Part shown: in pieces, positions 1-13,117 of the stretch
How the letters are laid out: every line of letters begins with the position of its first letter
Numbering within the stretch: the stretch's first letter is position 1
DNA from: Tubiluchus corallicola
Lineage: Eukaryota > Animalia > Priapulida
NCBI GenBank assembly: GCA_030141605.1
Contig: JAQGDQ010000691.1
Coordinates: forward strand, 18,881 to 82,880
Direction: 5' to 3'
DNA: 64,000 nt
The notes under the pieces: model-generated
The model's input: the letters and a program-made list of their open reading frames with translations, nothing else
What the model was told of the DNA's origin: nothing
Databases searched by the model: none
Made by a program: the position numbers and the translations under genes

Positions 1-604
1 ATGTGAACAGAGCTGCAATGAAAGACACGACCCCTGATAAGGGTCTACAGCAGACCTTCCCTTTTTATAAGCTCAGGTGTGCACGTGACTAGTGGCTTTT
101 ACTAACACAAGGTCAGAATATGAGTCTGTGCTAGATAAAGCCACGTTCACATGCACACCCGAGAAGTCTACTGTATTCCCCTGCCAGCATTACATTTCAT
201 TTCACCACAGCCCTGTAATACAATATTTTAGGAAAACTCAATAAGATAAGATTTGGATGAAATGAAAAATTCGTGTCGTACATTAAGAGTGATAAATCAA
301 TAATTAAATTCAACAAGAGGCATATTCACCGTTTTGTCAGATTAAAAACGTACGTCAAAATCAACGATACAATAAAGATATAAATTTTAATGCTCTCATT
401 GATATCGATGTTTTTAATTTGCACCAGATTTTCCCAGAACCAAAGTTTGTTCCATTTTGTCTCATGTACAGTTTGCAAACTTTAGGATGAAATACATTAA
501 GCTTTTCAAGTAACAGGTAGTAGCGTTTCCTAAAGAATATGGTGCTGTGCAAGTTCAAAAAAATATTCTTCAGTATGAAACGTCTTTTTTAGGATATAAA
601 ATAC

Positions 605-1020
605 AATAAGCTTTTTCATGGTAACATTGTGCACAGTTGCTGTAGGTCAGAGGTTAAGTGTGCCACAGCAACGCACCTGAACTATAACCGGGACGTGACG
701 TGTGGGTAAAGCAAAGCTGTCTGCTGCATCGGTTCAATAACTTCTGTTGTTTTACGTGGACTTAATTATGTATTAGTCTGTGCATAGTACTTAATTAAGC
801 ATTAGCCTGCATGTAAAGTGATTTACTAGCAGGATCTTGCTTTGGGAACAAGAAAAAATGAACTGGGTAAGGTTATAGCTAGCTGTTAAAACTGTTGCTA
901 TTACAATAGCTTGGGCTGCACAGCTTTGTCAAGTGTATCACAAATGTGTTGTTTGGTTCACTTAACCTTTTATCTTTTTTACGATCGCCATCAATCGCTG
1001 GAACTGTGAAAAGGCTTATT
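605..1020. mobile_element. TIR-bounded non-autonomous DNA element (aataagc.ttttca...tgaaaaggcttatt); related partial copy about 21200..21515; both mirrored
   Basis: Terminal inverted repeats, and internal sequence (gggtaaagcaaagctg, tttactagcag, agctagctgttaaaactg) shared with 21200..21515. Confidence 0.7.
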
Positions 1021-1269
1021 TAAATAAATAATATTAATATCTTAATAAAGTAAGTTCGCGCCATTAGTATTTGTGCACTATTATAATTTGTGAATCACCT
1101 TTCATTTTAAAATGACGGTTGCCTTGAGCATTTTTATCTGTTTTTTAAAATTGATTTTCATTCATCACTTTTTGTTTATCATAAAAATCGTGCTCAATTT
1201 TCATAGAAATGACTAATCACTAATTTTGTCGCTTATGGTTTTCTTCTTATATGGTTTTTATGTTTCTAG

Positions 1270-1381
1270 AATCGCCCTGCAGGTGGCATTTCTGAAGAGA
1301 AGAGTTTGTTTGCTCATGAACATCCTCCAGTAGAAGAACTTAGTGCTTGCGTGAAAGAGATTAAACCAACTATTCTGATTG
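1270..1381 (+). CDS. ME: Malic enzyme exon, mirrored copy (NRPAGG...KPTILIG)
   Basis: Reverse complement of 43746..43857 with intact splice sites. Confidence 0.92.
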
Positions 1382-1423
1382 GTCAGTTATGAACTTACTT
1401 ATGCGTACCAACATGTTTATTAT

Positions 1424-1622
1424 GGTCAAACTATCATTTGAACTCTACAGTCATTTTCACGACGGTGTCACTTTAGCATCAAAAGTACTGAGAGCGAAAT
1501 CAGAATAGCGTAGACGATCACTAATAGGTCAAACTATCATTTCAACTCTGCAGTCATTTTCTCGACGGTATCACTCTAGTGTCAAAAGTACTGAGAGCGA
1601 AATCAGAATAGCGTAGACGATC
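1424..1622. repeat. Two tandem copies of about 103 bp, intronic
   Basis: ggtcaaactatcattt...tagcgtagacgatc occurs twice. Confidence 0.85.
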
Positions 1623-1791
1623 GTTAAGTTGAAATGTTCGCGTAATGAACATGTAGATTCCTAGAGACCGACTCTTTCATGCATTACATGTAGCAGTTTA
1701 TTATATAGAGCTAAAGTAAAATTTTTGATAATCTTGAACTTGAGTTATTTGAAATATATGACAAAATATATTTAGACATTTGTACATTTGC

Positions 1792-1828
<37 letters not shown>

Positions 1829-2106
1829 TTGTACATTTGCTAATCAGTAGAACTATAGAAAGATGAATTAGAAAAGTTGCTGGAAACTTGCAGAAAGCTG
1901 TAAAAGTTCTTGTAGAACATTCACTGTGTAGCAAGTCATAGATAAATTTTACTGTTGTTTATATTGCATTGACTAAATTTTACATTGCATTAACTTGCAT
2001 TTTAGTTAACTGAATAACTAAACTAATTTGAAGGGAAAAGATATTGCAACAATAGTGTCACATACGTAAAGCAGCTTTTTCATGAGCTTAAATTTTCTTT
2101 TCCTTG

Positions 2107-2717
2107 GGCAGTCTGTTTGTGGAACTTTTGACCAGTTCTGTGTCGTTTCCTAGGCAGTCTGTTTGTGGAACTTTTGACCAGTTCTGTGTCGTTTCCTAGA
2201 CAGTCTGTCTGTGGAACTTTTGACCAGTTTTGTGTCGTTTCCTAGACAGTCTGTTTGTGGAACTTTTGACCAGTTCTGTCTCATTTCCTACGCAGTCTGT
2301 TTGTGGAACTTTTGACCAGTTCTGTGTTGTTTCCTAGGCAGTCTGTTTGTGGAACTTTTGACCAGTTCTGTGTCGTTTCCTAGACAGTCTGTCTGTGGAA
2401 CTTTTGACCAGTTCTGTCTCGTTTCCTACGCAGTCTGTTTGTGGAACTTTTGACCAGTTCTGTGTCGTTTCCTAGGCAGTCTGTTTGTGGAACTTTTGAC
2501 CAGTTCTGTGTCGTTTCCTAGGCAGTCTGTTTGTGGAACTTTTGACCAGTTCTGTGTCGTTTCCTAGACAGTCTGTCTGTGGAACTTTTGACCAGTTCTG
2601 TCTCGTTTCCTAGACAGTCTGTCTGTGGAACTTTTGACCAGTTCTGTCTCGTTTCCTGTGTTCATTTCCTAGGCAGTCTGTTTGTGGAACTTTTGACCAG
2701 TTCTGTGTCGTTTCCTA
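2107..2717. repeat. 46-bp minisatellite, about 13 copies (mirror about 42410..43020)
   Basis: Unit ggcagtctgtttgtggaacttttgaccagttctgtgtcgtttccta. Confidence 0.95.
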
Positions 2718-2903
2718 TAGATTGATGTATTCCTTTTTTGTTTGCCGGTAGAACTTTTTGACCCATCAACCCGCTTGTCAGATAATCCCATCACCCTGTG
2801 ATTTGTTAATACCATTTTGTGCTCTTTTTCTTAGTTTAGCTCAAATAAGCTGTTGTTGTTTTGTCGTGATTGTGACTCACACACGTCATTTATTACGTAA
2901 CAG

Positions 2904-3046
2904 GTGCTGCCGCCGTCCCCGGTTCATTTACGGAAGAGATTCTCACGGACATGGGCAAGTTTCACGAGCGACCGGTCATCTTTGCGCTGAGTAATCCGAC
3001 CAGCATGGCCGAATGTACAGCGGAAGACGCATATAAAGCTACTGAT
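2904..3046 (+). CDS. ME: Malic enzyme exon, mirrored copy (GAAAVPG...AYKATD)
   Basis: Reverse complement of 42081..42223. Confidence 0.92.
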
Positions 3047-3332
3047 GTGAGTGAAATAAAACTGCAGTTATTTGTGTTGATGTTTGAGCTTATTGATGGA
3101 AATAATAATAATTATATAATTAATTAATAATAATTAATAATAATTAATATAATAATTATTTTTATGTACGGTGATGGAAAGATAACTGAGTTGAAACAGA
3201 AAAAACAAATTTATCATTTTGAAAATGTAAAGCGTCTTGGGTAAATTTATCGGATTATTCCAGAATCCGTTGATCACACTTGAGGGGGGGGGGGCTACAC
3301 TTATAGACAATTTGAATTTTGATTGTAAAAAA

Positions 3333-3842
3333 CAGGGATCAGAATTTTCCACGGATACGCGGAATTCCGAGTTTTTGGAAGACCAGTAGTGCCATTTTTG
3401 TAAATCGCGTAAATTTGTTGAGAAAATTTTTACGGACCCAGTACATTATTTCACAAGCTGACCGCTAGGTGGCAGGCCGTTACTTTGTTTACATCAGGTA
3501 CATCAGTGTAACCACGTGCATATCTCTATATATAAAAATATAGAATCAATTGTGCAGAGTTATTTGAGTCAATTGCAGACAGTTTTTATATACTTTTGCA
3601 TAGGAGCGGCCAGTACTTAGGCATTTTTGAGACAATTAGGTATCATGTATCCTTGATAGTTGGGTATTTTAAATTATGCATGAAACAAGGTAATTGATAT
3701 TTTAAGTCCAATTAGAGGCTCTCTATGGTCACAAAATTGCAATTTGTTGCTGGCTCCCCTTGAACTCCATTACGGGTCTAGGTGGCCCCAAAACCCCCCC
3801 GCCTGTTTCAGAGTTTTTTACAATTTGTCATTCTCATCCCTG
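3333..3842. mobile_element. hAT-like MITE (mirror about 41286..41795)
   Basis: TIRs cagggatcagaat / attctcatccctg; degenerate A-rich 8-bp flanks. Confidence 0.7.
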
Positions 3843-4100
3843 GAAAAAAGTAAAAAGATGTTTATCTCCCTTTGTTTCACATGATTTTTCTAATTGTTAA
3901 AAGAAATTTAATTGCCTAAAAACGGTCCATACTCTGTTTTGAACTTGATTAGGGACAAGGGCAGAGCAGCAACGGGTCCTAATTTGTGACACTAGCAAAT
4001 TAATCTCAAGGTTTTTTCTACTCAGCACTTATCTCATTACATTGTACGTTATTCTGTAGATAATTATTAGTTTGTATGAACTTGGTGATTTGGGAGATCT

Positions 4101-4497
4101 CCCACCTTGAAACGCAAGCAGACATTATTGGGTGGGTGGACATCATTAGCCCACCTTGAAATGCAAGCAGACATTATTGGGTGGGTGGACATCATTAGCC
4201 CACCTTGAAACGCAAGCAGACATTATTGGGTGGGTGAACATCATTAGCCCACCTTGAAACGTTGGCAGATATTATTGGGTGGGTGGGTGGTCATCATTAG
4301 CCCACCTTGAAATGCAAGCAGACATTATTGGGTGGGTGGACATCATTAGCCCACCTTGAAACGCAAGCAGACATTATTGCGTGGGTGGACATCATTAGCC
4401 CACCTTGAAATGCAAGCAGATATTATTGGGTGGCTGGACATCATTAGCCCACCTTGAAACGCAAGCAGACATTATTGGGTGGCTGGACATCATTAGT
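4101..4497. repeat. 49-bp minisatellite, about 8 copies (mirror about 40637..41028)
   Basis: Unit cccaccttgaaacgcaagcagacattattgggtgggtggacatcattag. Confidence 0.95.
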
Positions 4498-4637
4498 GAT
4501 TAATGTAACTCTTTCCTACATAATAATTTTTTTTGAAACAGAAATATTTTATATTGACATTTGATCATATTTAAGCTGTTTTGAAATCATTAATTTTAAT
4601 TTTCTGCAAACATTACGATACTTTTCTCGCATTTTAG

Positions 4638-4811
<174 letters not shown>

Positions 4812-4929
4812 TGAACGTGTTTGCGTACTACTTCCTGTTTGCTGCCCAGGTATGAACGTGTTTGCGTACGTCACTTGAAAGTGAAATTCATGATTTAGTA
4901 GCTTAAAACAAGATTTAGAAAATAAAACA

Positions 4930-5100
4930 AGATTTATTCAATACATTGTGCCTTTCTGTGGAACCAACATAGCTAAACATTTTATAATATATCAAGGACC
5001 AAAAGTCTGGAATGAGATTTGTCAATCTGCAAAAAATAGCAGGTCTATTACTAAATTTAAAAAAAAAATGCTAAAAAATCAAATTTTAAGTAAGTATCAG
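4930..5100 (+). mobile_element. Decayed 3' end of a CR1/L2-group LINE ORF2 (mirror about 40030..40200)
   Basis: Translation (R/G)TN.AKHFI.Y.GPKVWNEI...S...FKK matches the typical C-terminal GP..WN...FK motif of these elements. Confidence 0.6.
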
Positions 5101-6066
5101 CGAGTAATCAAAATTTCTACCAGTATCCATCCTCACAGTAGTTGCAAAACACTTGGTGTTAGCATAATCAAGTTATCTTAATTTTACATACTATTAAAAA
5201 ATAATAGTCTTTCTATCTTTTATATCATCCCATATATGAGCTTCATTCATTACGTCATTCCATTTTAAGCACTAATATTTTTTTTATCACGATTCACTTT
5301 AAATTTTCAGATTATCTCCATTACTTTTTTTCCTATCACTGTGTGGGACAATCTAACAATCCCTGCTATTTGATTGCCCGCAACACATTTACCTTCGTAT
5401 ATAGGTGAACAGTGTTTGAGGCTTTTCCTGTGCAGTATTTCTTATTTATATTATATCCATTGTAGGCCCTTTCACTAGATATTGTACATGAAACTATTGT
5501 AAATGTGTCATGTGAAATAAATGACTTATGTCTAAACGACAAGAAGTGTTGTGCCTGAAGGTAGGTTTCAGAAAAATCGCTTCAAAAATTATATCGTACT
5601 CGCATTGAAAGGAGTTTTTGTCTTCATTTTAAATCTCCTGCAATACTGTTTCGACGGCGCCATTACATGACGTTACTACAGAAACGCAAACGTAAATTAG
5701 GGGAAGAAAAGGCAACGTTAAATTATGTCCCAAAAAACTTTCCGTGCAAATCTGTATTATTTAGCATTTTGCTTACCTGCTGGAAAGATTTATGTAACTA
5801 GAAAAGAAAATTATTAATTATTTAAAATGTTTTCACCAGTTGGTAAAATGTCGCTGACTCATCCTCCAGGGTGCAGCACTTACTAACCAAAAAAGATATT
5901 TCTAATCTTATTGACAAGATACAGTAATTTAAAATTTTACTCAGTTAGTGACGTGTGTTACGAATGCTCTGATTATTTTTTAAAACTTTACACAATGTTA
6001 ACTAAACTTGTTTAAAACGATCTGTAAACGAGACACATGATGAACCTTCATGGTTGATTTTTGCAG

Positions 6067-6330
6067 TGCTTGTCTGAACTTGTCACGGACTCGCATCTGG
6101 CCGAGGGACGCGTCTACCCTCCGATGACCGAGATCCGCGACATTTCCGTGAAAATTGCCACTCGCATCGCGGAGCACGCCTATCGCCACGGTTACGCCGC
6201 ACATTATCCGGAGCCGACGGACAAGGAGGAGTTCATCCGATCGGAAATGTACACGTATCGCTACGACAACTACGAGGCGGAGACTTGGGATTGGCCGGAG
6301 GACGCGTACTTCTGTAAGGGTGATAAATAA
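6067..6330 (+). CDS. ME: Malic enzyme terminal exon, mirrored copy
   Basis: Mirror of 38796..39059 with one synonymous Pro codon difference (CCG vs CCA). Confidence 0.92.
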   Translation, partial: CLSELVTDSHLAEGRVYPPMTEIRDISVKIATRIAEHAYRHGYAAHYPEPTDKEEFIRSEMYTYRYDNYEAETWDWPEDAYFCKGDK

Positions 6331-6454
6331 GAGCAGAAAGGTAACGTCCGTTTCTTTGCCTCTTTTTGCAGAAAATGCTGAGTATGATATTCAAACTGCT
6401 TGCAGTGCAAGTGTGCATGCTGTGGAAATCTTACTAAAACATCATTTTTTGTTT

Positions 6455-6762
6455 GTTATTTCTGTCGATGTTTCGTAGATGGCAGCACTAGATGGTAGAG
6501 TTAACTTTCATTCCTTTGTTGTTTCTGTCGATGTTTCGTAGATGGCAGCACTAGATGGTAGAGTTAACTTTCATTCCTTTGTTGTTTCTGTCGATGTTTC
6601 GTAGATGGCAGCACTAGATGGCAGAGTTAACTTTCATTCCTTTGTTGTTTCTGTCGATGTTTCGTAGATGGCAACACTAGATGGTAGAGTTAACTTTCAT
6701 TCCTTTGTTGTTTCTGCCGATGTTACGTAGATGGCAGCACTAGATGGTAAGAATTAACTTTC
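6455..6762. repeat. 63-bp minisatellite, about 5 copies, just 3' of the ME stop (mirror about 38365..38670)
   Basis: Unit contains gtagatggcagcactagatggtagagttaactttc; period 63 (6475, 6538, 6601). Confidence 0.93.
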
Positions 6763-7337
6763 GTTAATGTTTGTGTTGTAGAGAATGATCATGTATGCAG
6801 TTTTTGTTTGCTCAGGTTGTAAGAAAAAGAAGCTGGCATGAAGTTGCTTACGGTTTTTTGGAATGAAACTTCTGATGCATTTGCTCTCTGTGTGAAATAG
6901 AATTAACACTCTGAACTAACATTGCTCAACTCTCTACCAGTTCTTCTGTGATTTCCGCTCTTGTCTTAAAGTCCATATTAAGTATGGCTGACTTTTGAAT
7001 GGTAGATTTTTGCCTGCAGCGTGTCGAGCTGTAATGGTGGAAGTTAAGTCATCACTCCCATGTGATGGGCGATTACTAGATTAATCAAATTAATCACGAT
7101 TACAACCATAAATCGCATAAATCGATGTAATCAATGTAATTGAACAGTGATTCGATTAATCATGAGCAAAATACACGTTACACACTGACCAAAGGGCAGA
7201 ATTTTAACATAAATTGATGGAATCTTTGTGATTTTTCTTCATTTTTCTCGTCTTCCACAATTGCAAACCACAGTGTTGCAAACTGGGGGCTTCAAATTCA
7301 TTGACTCATGACATTTATAGTGATGTAGTCATAGAGT

Positions 7338-8354
7338 GCGGGATGTCCACACTGTATCTCGACACTAGGCGGAGGAGAGTCAAGTGACCCAACGGCCATG
7401 TGTAGAGGTGTAAACCTTACAAATCAGGAGTGGAGCCCCGAAGGTGGACCAGTGCAACATGCTCGCTGACCCCGGCAGCTCCTGCAGCCAGCCTGGTGCC
7501 AAATGTATTGCTCCGCTTTCCTTAGGACTACACCAGGGAGGAAAGGGGGGGGTTCCTGTTGTCTGGGCAACTCAGGATCTCCATACACCTTGCCCAGACG
7601 TGCGCCTTGGAGACTTTCAAGGATCAGACTCTCTTGGCGCACATTCCATTGTCTTCCTCGGACTCTCTTGGCGCACATTCCATTGTCTTCCTCGGACTCT
7701 CTTGGCGCACATTCCATTGTCTTCCTCGGACTCCCTTGGCGCACATTCCATTGTCTTCCTCGGACTCCCTTGGCGCACATTCCATTGTCTTCCTCGGACT
7801 CTCTTGGCGCACATTCCATTGTCTTCCTCGGACTCCCTTGGCGCACATTCCATTGTCTTCCTCGGACTCCCTTGGCGCACATTCCATTGTCTTCCTCGGA
7901 CTCCCTTGGCGCACATTCCATTGTCTTCCTCGGACTCCCTTGGCGCACATTCCATTGTCTTCCTCGGACTCCCTTGGCGCACATTCCATTGTCTTCCTCG
8001 GACTCCCTTGGCGCACATTCCATTGTCTTCCTCGGACTCCCTTGGCGCACATTCCATTGTCTTCCTCGGACTCTCTTGGCGCACATTCCATTGTCTTCCT
8101 CGGACTCTCTTGGCGCACATTCCATTGTCTTCCTCGGACTCCCTTGGCGCACATTCCATTGTCTTCCTCGGACTCCCTTGACGCACATTCCATTGTCTTC
8201 CTCGGACTCTCTTCGCGCACATTCCATTGTCTTCCTCGGACTCTCTTGGCACACATTCCATTGTCTTCCTCGGACTCTCTTGGCACACATTCCATTGTCT
8301 TCCTCGGACTCTCTTGGCGCACATTCCATTGTCTTCCGAGACAGAAGAATGCCA
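7338..8354 (-). mobile_element. GC-rich retroposon-like insertion with 11-bp flanking direct repeat, internally expanded by a 34-bp satellite (mirror 36772..37788)
   Basis: agtcatagagt at 7327..7337 and 8355..8365. The body resembles RTE-type 5'UTR sequence from memory (unverified). Confidence 0.6.
7628..8336. repeat. 34-bp minisatellite, about 21 copies (mirror about 36790..37498); source of six spurious ORFs per arm
   Basis: Unit actcycttggcgcacattccattgtcttcctcgg. Confidence 0.97.
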
Positions 8355-8597
8355 AGTCATAGAGTAGTTAATGAAAAAACTGTGAGCGTCTATAAAACTA
8401 GTTTGCGAATATGAGAACAGCAAATGGTGACAAAAGCTGTGAAGTTATACGCTGATTCATTGCACTCGTTTGAGAATATTGGCTGAAATGCCAAGAAATT
8501 GCCACAAAGGGTAAATTTTTATATTGAATTCCAAGAACAAGATTATAATCGAATTACAAAATTTCACAATCGTCCATCACTGTCACTTCCACAACGA

Positions 8598-9315
8598 TAG
8601 GTCCCGTTAAAGTAGGCTATGTGGTTGAGACTTTTATAAAACACGTTCTTACAAGTAGGTCCCATTGAAATAGGCTCTGTGGTTAAGACTTCTATAGAAC
8701 ACGTTCTTACAAGTAGGTCCCATTAAAGTAGGCTATGTGGTTAAGACTTTTATAGAACACGTTCTTACAAGTAGGTCCCATTAAAGTAGGCTATGTGGTT
8801 AAGACTTCTATAGAACACGTTCTTACAAGTAGGTCCCATTAAAGTAGGCTATGTGGTTAAGACTTCTATAGAACACGTTCTTACAAGTAGGTCCCATTAA
8901 AGTAGGCTATGTGGTTAAGACTTCTATAGAACACGTTCTTACAAGTAGGTCCCATTAAAGTAGGCTATGTGGTTAAGACTTCTATAGAACACGTTCTTAC
9001 AAGTAGGTCCCATTAAAGTAGGCTATGTGGTTAAGACTTCTATAGAACACGTTCTTACAAGTAGGTCCCATTAAAGTAGGCTATGTGGTTAAGACTTCTA
9101 TAGAACACGTTCTTACAAGTAGGTCCCATTAAAGTAGGCTATGTGGTTAAGACTTCTATAGAACACGTTCTTACAAGTAGGTCCCATTAAAGTAGGCTAT
9201 GTGGTTAAGACTTCTATAGAACACGTTCTTACAAGTAGGTCCCATTAAAGTAGTCTATGTGGTTAAGACTTCTATAGAACACGTTCTTACAAGTATAGAA
9301 CACGTTCTTACAAGT
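8598..9315. repeat. 58-bp minisatellite, about 12 copies (mirror about 35811..36528)
   Basis: Unit taggtcccattaaagtaggctatgtggttaagacttctatagaacacgttcttacaag. Confidence 0.97.
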
Positions 9316-9725
9316 TCCGTTTACACTTTATACCATAGATCCTAGTTCCTATTGTTACTGCAATACCAAACTTAATGCTTAAGTGTCTTCATTTTAGATT
9401 AATGCAAAGCTACCGTCAATAAAGTCTCGCTTCACTCGCTTTCAGGCTTTTTTTGTTGTTTTGCAGGCTTTCTACGCGTGTTAAGTAATTTATTTGAAGC
9501 TCCTTAGTGTTTTCCACAGCATTGCGCACCCTGGTGCAGAAAGTTTGAACTATTTTTCTGCAGAAACGGGTGTCGGAGAAATGCTCGTTTACCTTCTGTA
9601 TCTTTTGTCGTTCATCTAAAAGGACTGTTAAATGACCACAAGAAAATTGTTAAATGACCACAAGAAAATTGTTAAATGACCACAAGAAAATTGTTAAATG
9701 ACCACTAGAAAATTAGCAAGCAAGT

Positions 9726-9760
<35 letters not shown>

Positions 9761-9879
9761 ATATTTATTTAAAGTCGGATTTTGGGTCAACAATTAACAT
9801 TAGCTCAAAGAGCTATTATCGCTGACTGTAAATAACAACCTACAACTGCATAACAGCGACTATTATTACTCCACTTTTA

Positions 9880-10015
9880 CCCTAAATACCACGCGTCAGG
9901 CAGGGCAACAGCAGGTACCATTTTTAAAGTCTTTGGTATGACCCGGCCGCTGGTTCGAACTCACGACCTCCCAGACGGAAAGCAGACGCATTACCGCTAG
10001 ACTAAACCGTCTGGT
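9880..10015 (-). mobile_element. tRNA-derived SINE 5' part; a second head fragment at about 10412..10453
   Basis: Minus strand: A-box-like tagtctagcggtaa, B-box gagttcgaacc, then ggtcataccaaagactttaaaaatggtacc, resembling the MetaSINE-type central domain. Confidence 0.75.
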
Positions 10016-10995
10016 CAAATCTTTATTGCAAAATGTGACCCAAATTGCTTTGTAGCTGGCAGGTTTGGAGAAATTTGCTATTTGACCAAAAACAGTGAGT
10101 AATACCGTGAGTAAGCTCGTCAGAAAATTCTATGCCCATTTAGTAATTATTACTGATCTGTTAACTGTGCAGTTGTTCACTAATAATACCCAGTTACCAA
10201 TTACTGGATTAACTGTAATTAGTTGTCAACTACAAGCGCTCTGTAATACTCACGACTCGGCATGACTGATTTAATGATAAAACCAGGTGCTTGAAATCTG
10301 TCTGGTACTTCGCACAAAGTAACACTTTCTATTTGTATGTTTTACTATTTTGCTGTGATTAACTTTTGGTAACTTACTATCCCATAATTAACCACTTCAC
10401 TGCCGTCACGTGACGGAAAGCAGACGCATTACCACTAGACTAAACCGTCTGGTGAGTCTTTGAAAGCATTTTAATTTTTACAAATCACAAAGTTAGTAGA
10501 TTTAGATTCAAGTAAAAATTAAGAATTTGATTCGGCTGAATTTGTTGCAGAAAATTTTACATTTTGCTTTTGTATTAAATTTGTTGTTTTTTCATTTTCA
10601 GTTTTTATTTCTCTTTTCAGATAAGGATCCGCCTTCATTTGTATACTAAGCTAAAGTTTAGAGAAATCTCATCCGCAGCTTTGAATCTCTATCTTGAATC
10701 TCTGGTTCTTTCAATGTGTGTTCGTGTGTTCGTGGTGTTTCTATTCACACTTCATTTATTTTTTATTCAGTCTGTAATAATTTATTGTTTTTTTCAACAT
10801 TCTCTATATGTAATATTAGTCTAACTATGCGTTCAATTTGAAATATTTTAATTTGAAGCTCCATGTTGAATCTCATCTTTGTTAGTCCATTACCCTGCAG
10901 TCTAAAACAGATTCTCGAGTCGTAAAATTTTTGGTGACATTCAAAGGTGGACACGATTGCTGCTTGCCAAAGATGTCCACTCTTGTCAAATATCG

Positions 10996-11409
10996 AAGCT
11001 CATAGAGCCCTGTAAGCTCATAGAGCCCTGTAGCTCATAGAGCCCTGTAGGCTCATAGAGCCCTGTAAGCTCATAGAGCCCTGTAAGCTCATAGAGCCCT
11101 GTAAGCTCATAGAGCCCTGTAAGCTCATAGAGCCCTGTAAGCTCATAGAGCCCTGTAAGCTCATAGAGCCCTGTAAGCTCATAGAGCCCTGTAGCTCATA
11201 GAGCCCTATAAGCTCATAGAGCCCTGTAAGCTCATAGGCCCTGTAAGCTCATAGAGCCCTGTAGCTCATAGAGCCCTGTAAGCTCATAGAGCCCTGTAAG
11301 CTCATAGAGCCCTGTAAGCTCATAGAGCCGCCCTGTAAGCTCATAGAGCCCTGTAAGCTCATAGAGCCTGTAAGCTCATAGAGCCCTGTAGCTCTAGAGC
11401 CCTGTAGCT
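10996..11409. repeat. 18-bp minisatellite, about 23 copies (mirror about 33713..34130)
   Basis: Unit aagctcatagagccctgt; gives the LQGSMS-repeat ORF at 33923. Confidence 0.95.
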
Positions 11410-11812
11410 GATTGGAAGAGGTGCTGACAAGCCACTGGTGTAGCAGTGTCTAGTTTCTTGCTGGATTAACACCTGTGTTTACCTGTCTTGAAGGCTGATT
11501 TCTTTATTTTAGAATTCTGCCTACCCTAATGTCTGTATAATAGATACATGATGACAACAATCGTCCCCGTGGATGAAAGTAGCAAAACTGATTTTGCACA
11601 TACAATTTTTGTGTCATTGTGCGGTGACCTTCGTACTTAAATTATTTTAACCGTTTTAAACTGCAGGCTTAACTAGTCATACAAAGAGATGATCTCTGTG
11701 TATATTGACTGAAGCATTTATTGTAGTTATTCATAAGTTAACCAATGATATGAATTTGTTCACTTGTAGCCGCGTGTGATTGTAAGCAACTTTCTTTACC
11801 ATTAGTGGTCGG

Positions 11813-12209
11813 TAGGGGTGAGCATCGAACGCTCGAATTCGATTCGAACGAGTTTTTTTTAGTTCGAACTCGATTCAAATCCAAAACTATAAATTCGAGT
11901 AATTCAGCACTTCAATCACACATGTTCTTTATCACTAAAACGATTGAAACATCATGCAATTAGCATAATTTAGCTGTGATTTCTGCACGCAATTTTAAAC
12001 AAATTACTAGTCGTTTTATTGCAGAACAAAATCTAGTGACATGCATGATTTTTATAAGACTAATTTTTACTGGTGATTCGAAAATCTTTCAATCTCAATT
12101 CGAATTCAGTTCGAATTCAAAACACTGAAGTTCGGTTCGACTCGAATTGGAAAGTCACAAATTCGGTTTGATTCGAATTCGCTTTCTGGTAAGAGAATGC
12201 TCACCCCTT
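11813..12209. mobile_element. hAT MITE with ttcgaa-rich subtermini (mirror 32913..33309)
   Basis: TIRs taggggtgagcat / atgctcacccct; 8-bp TSD gtggtcgg at 11805..11812 and 12210..12217. Confidence 0.9.
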
Positions 12210-12807
12210 GTGGTCGGCAGACAAAATTTTGTCGTCGTCATTTTACCCAAAATCGTGTATTCATTGGCAGATGGGTATTTGGAAAAATGGCATTTAAGCC
12301 ACAAACTCTTTATTTGGCAGTTAAACTGAAACAAATTTTAATATTGATTTTTTTTTACCCAGTCTTATCGCTTACATGTCACTTTAGTCGCAACCAAAAC
12401 CGGTGTTGTTGATATTGTTTTTTTTTGCAAGGTTGTTAGTCCTTTAGTCTCTTAGTTATTTTACAACTTTAGTCACTTAGTCGTTTTACAATTATGTTTG
12501 AAATAGTAGATTCGAAAGTCACGTGTGTTTTACCATTTATATTGTAAGGATTGTTAATAGACAAACCTTTAAAATTTGTGAGTTAAAGTAGAAAAGCTAC
12601 TGACTGGGGATTTTATATAATTTAATTAATTTTCCACTTTGTTAGTCTGTATAAACTTGGTGTAATGTCACTTGGAAAAATTGTAGGTCATAGATTACAA
12701 GTGAGTAAAAATAGCTGAGTGGTCATGGTGTTTGTTTGGCGGTGAAGTTTTAGCAATACCAGGCCTGTCTAGTAAATGGATGGCAGGGTTCCCATGAAAA
12801 CCTGTAA

Positions 12808-13117
12808 TATAGGTTTTACACGTCAAATGTAGACCTACCTCAAGTTAAATGTAGATTTAGGTAATTCAAGTGTGTCTTGGTAGCTCAAATGTAGACTTAG
12901 GTAGTTCAAATGTGTCTTGGTAGCTCAAATGTGGACTTAGGTAGTTCAAATGTGTTAACAATGGTTTTCAACAAATCTTCAGCATTTTTGGTAAGTCAAA
13001 TGTAGACACATGTCAAGTCAAATGTCCTATGTCTACATTTGACCTTCCTAAGTCACATTTGAGATACCAAAACACGTTCAAAATTCCTGTGTCTACATTT
13101 GACGTGTAAAACTTATA
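12808..13117. mobile_element. Fold-back MITE, copy 1, with tcaaatgtagac sub-repeats
   Basis: Ends tataggttttacacgtcaaatgtagac / gtctacatttgacgtgtaaaacttata. Confidence 0.85.

Larger units (their letters stand above)
7059..8582. mobile_element. hAT-like MITE interrupted by a 1-kb insertion; related shorter copy about 58450..58784
   Basis: TIRs gtgatgggcgatt / aatcgtccatcactg; gattaatcg sub-repeats; caagaacaagattataatcgaatta shared with 58707..58731. Confidence 0.7.

Noticed and set aside
7424-8423. Six overlapping ORFs of 243-303 aa (and their mirrors at 36703..37702)
   Set aside because: They are translations of a stop-free 34-bp tandem repeat; all frames give the same cyclic peptide.
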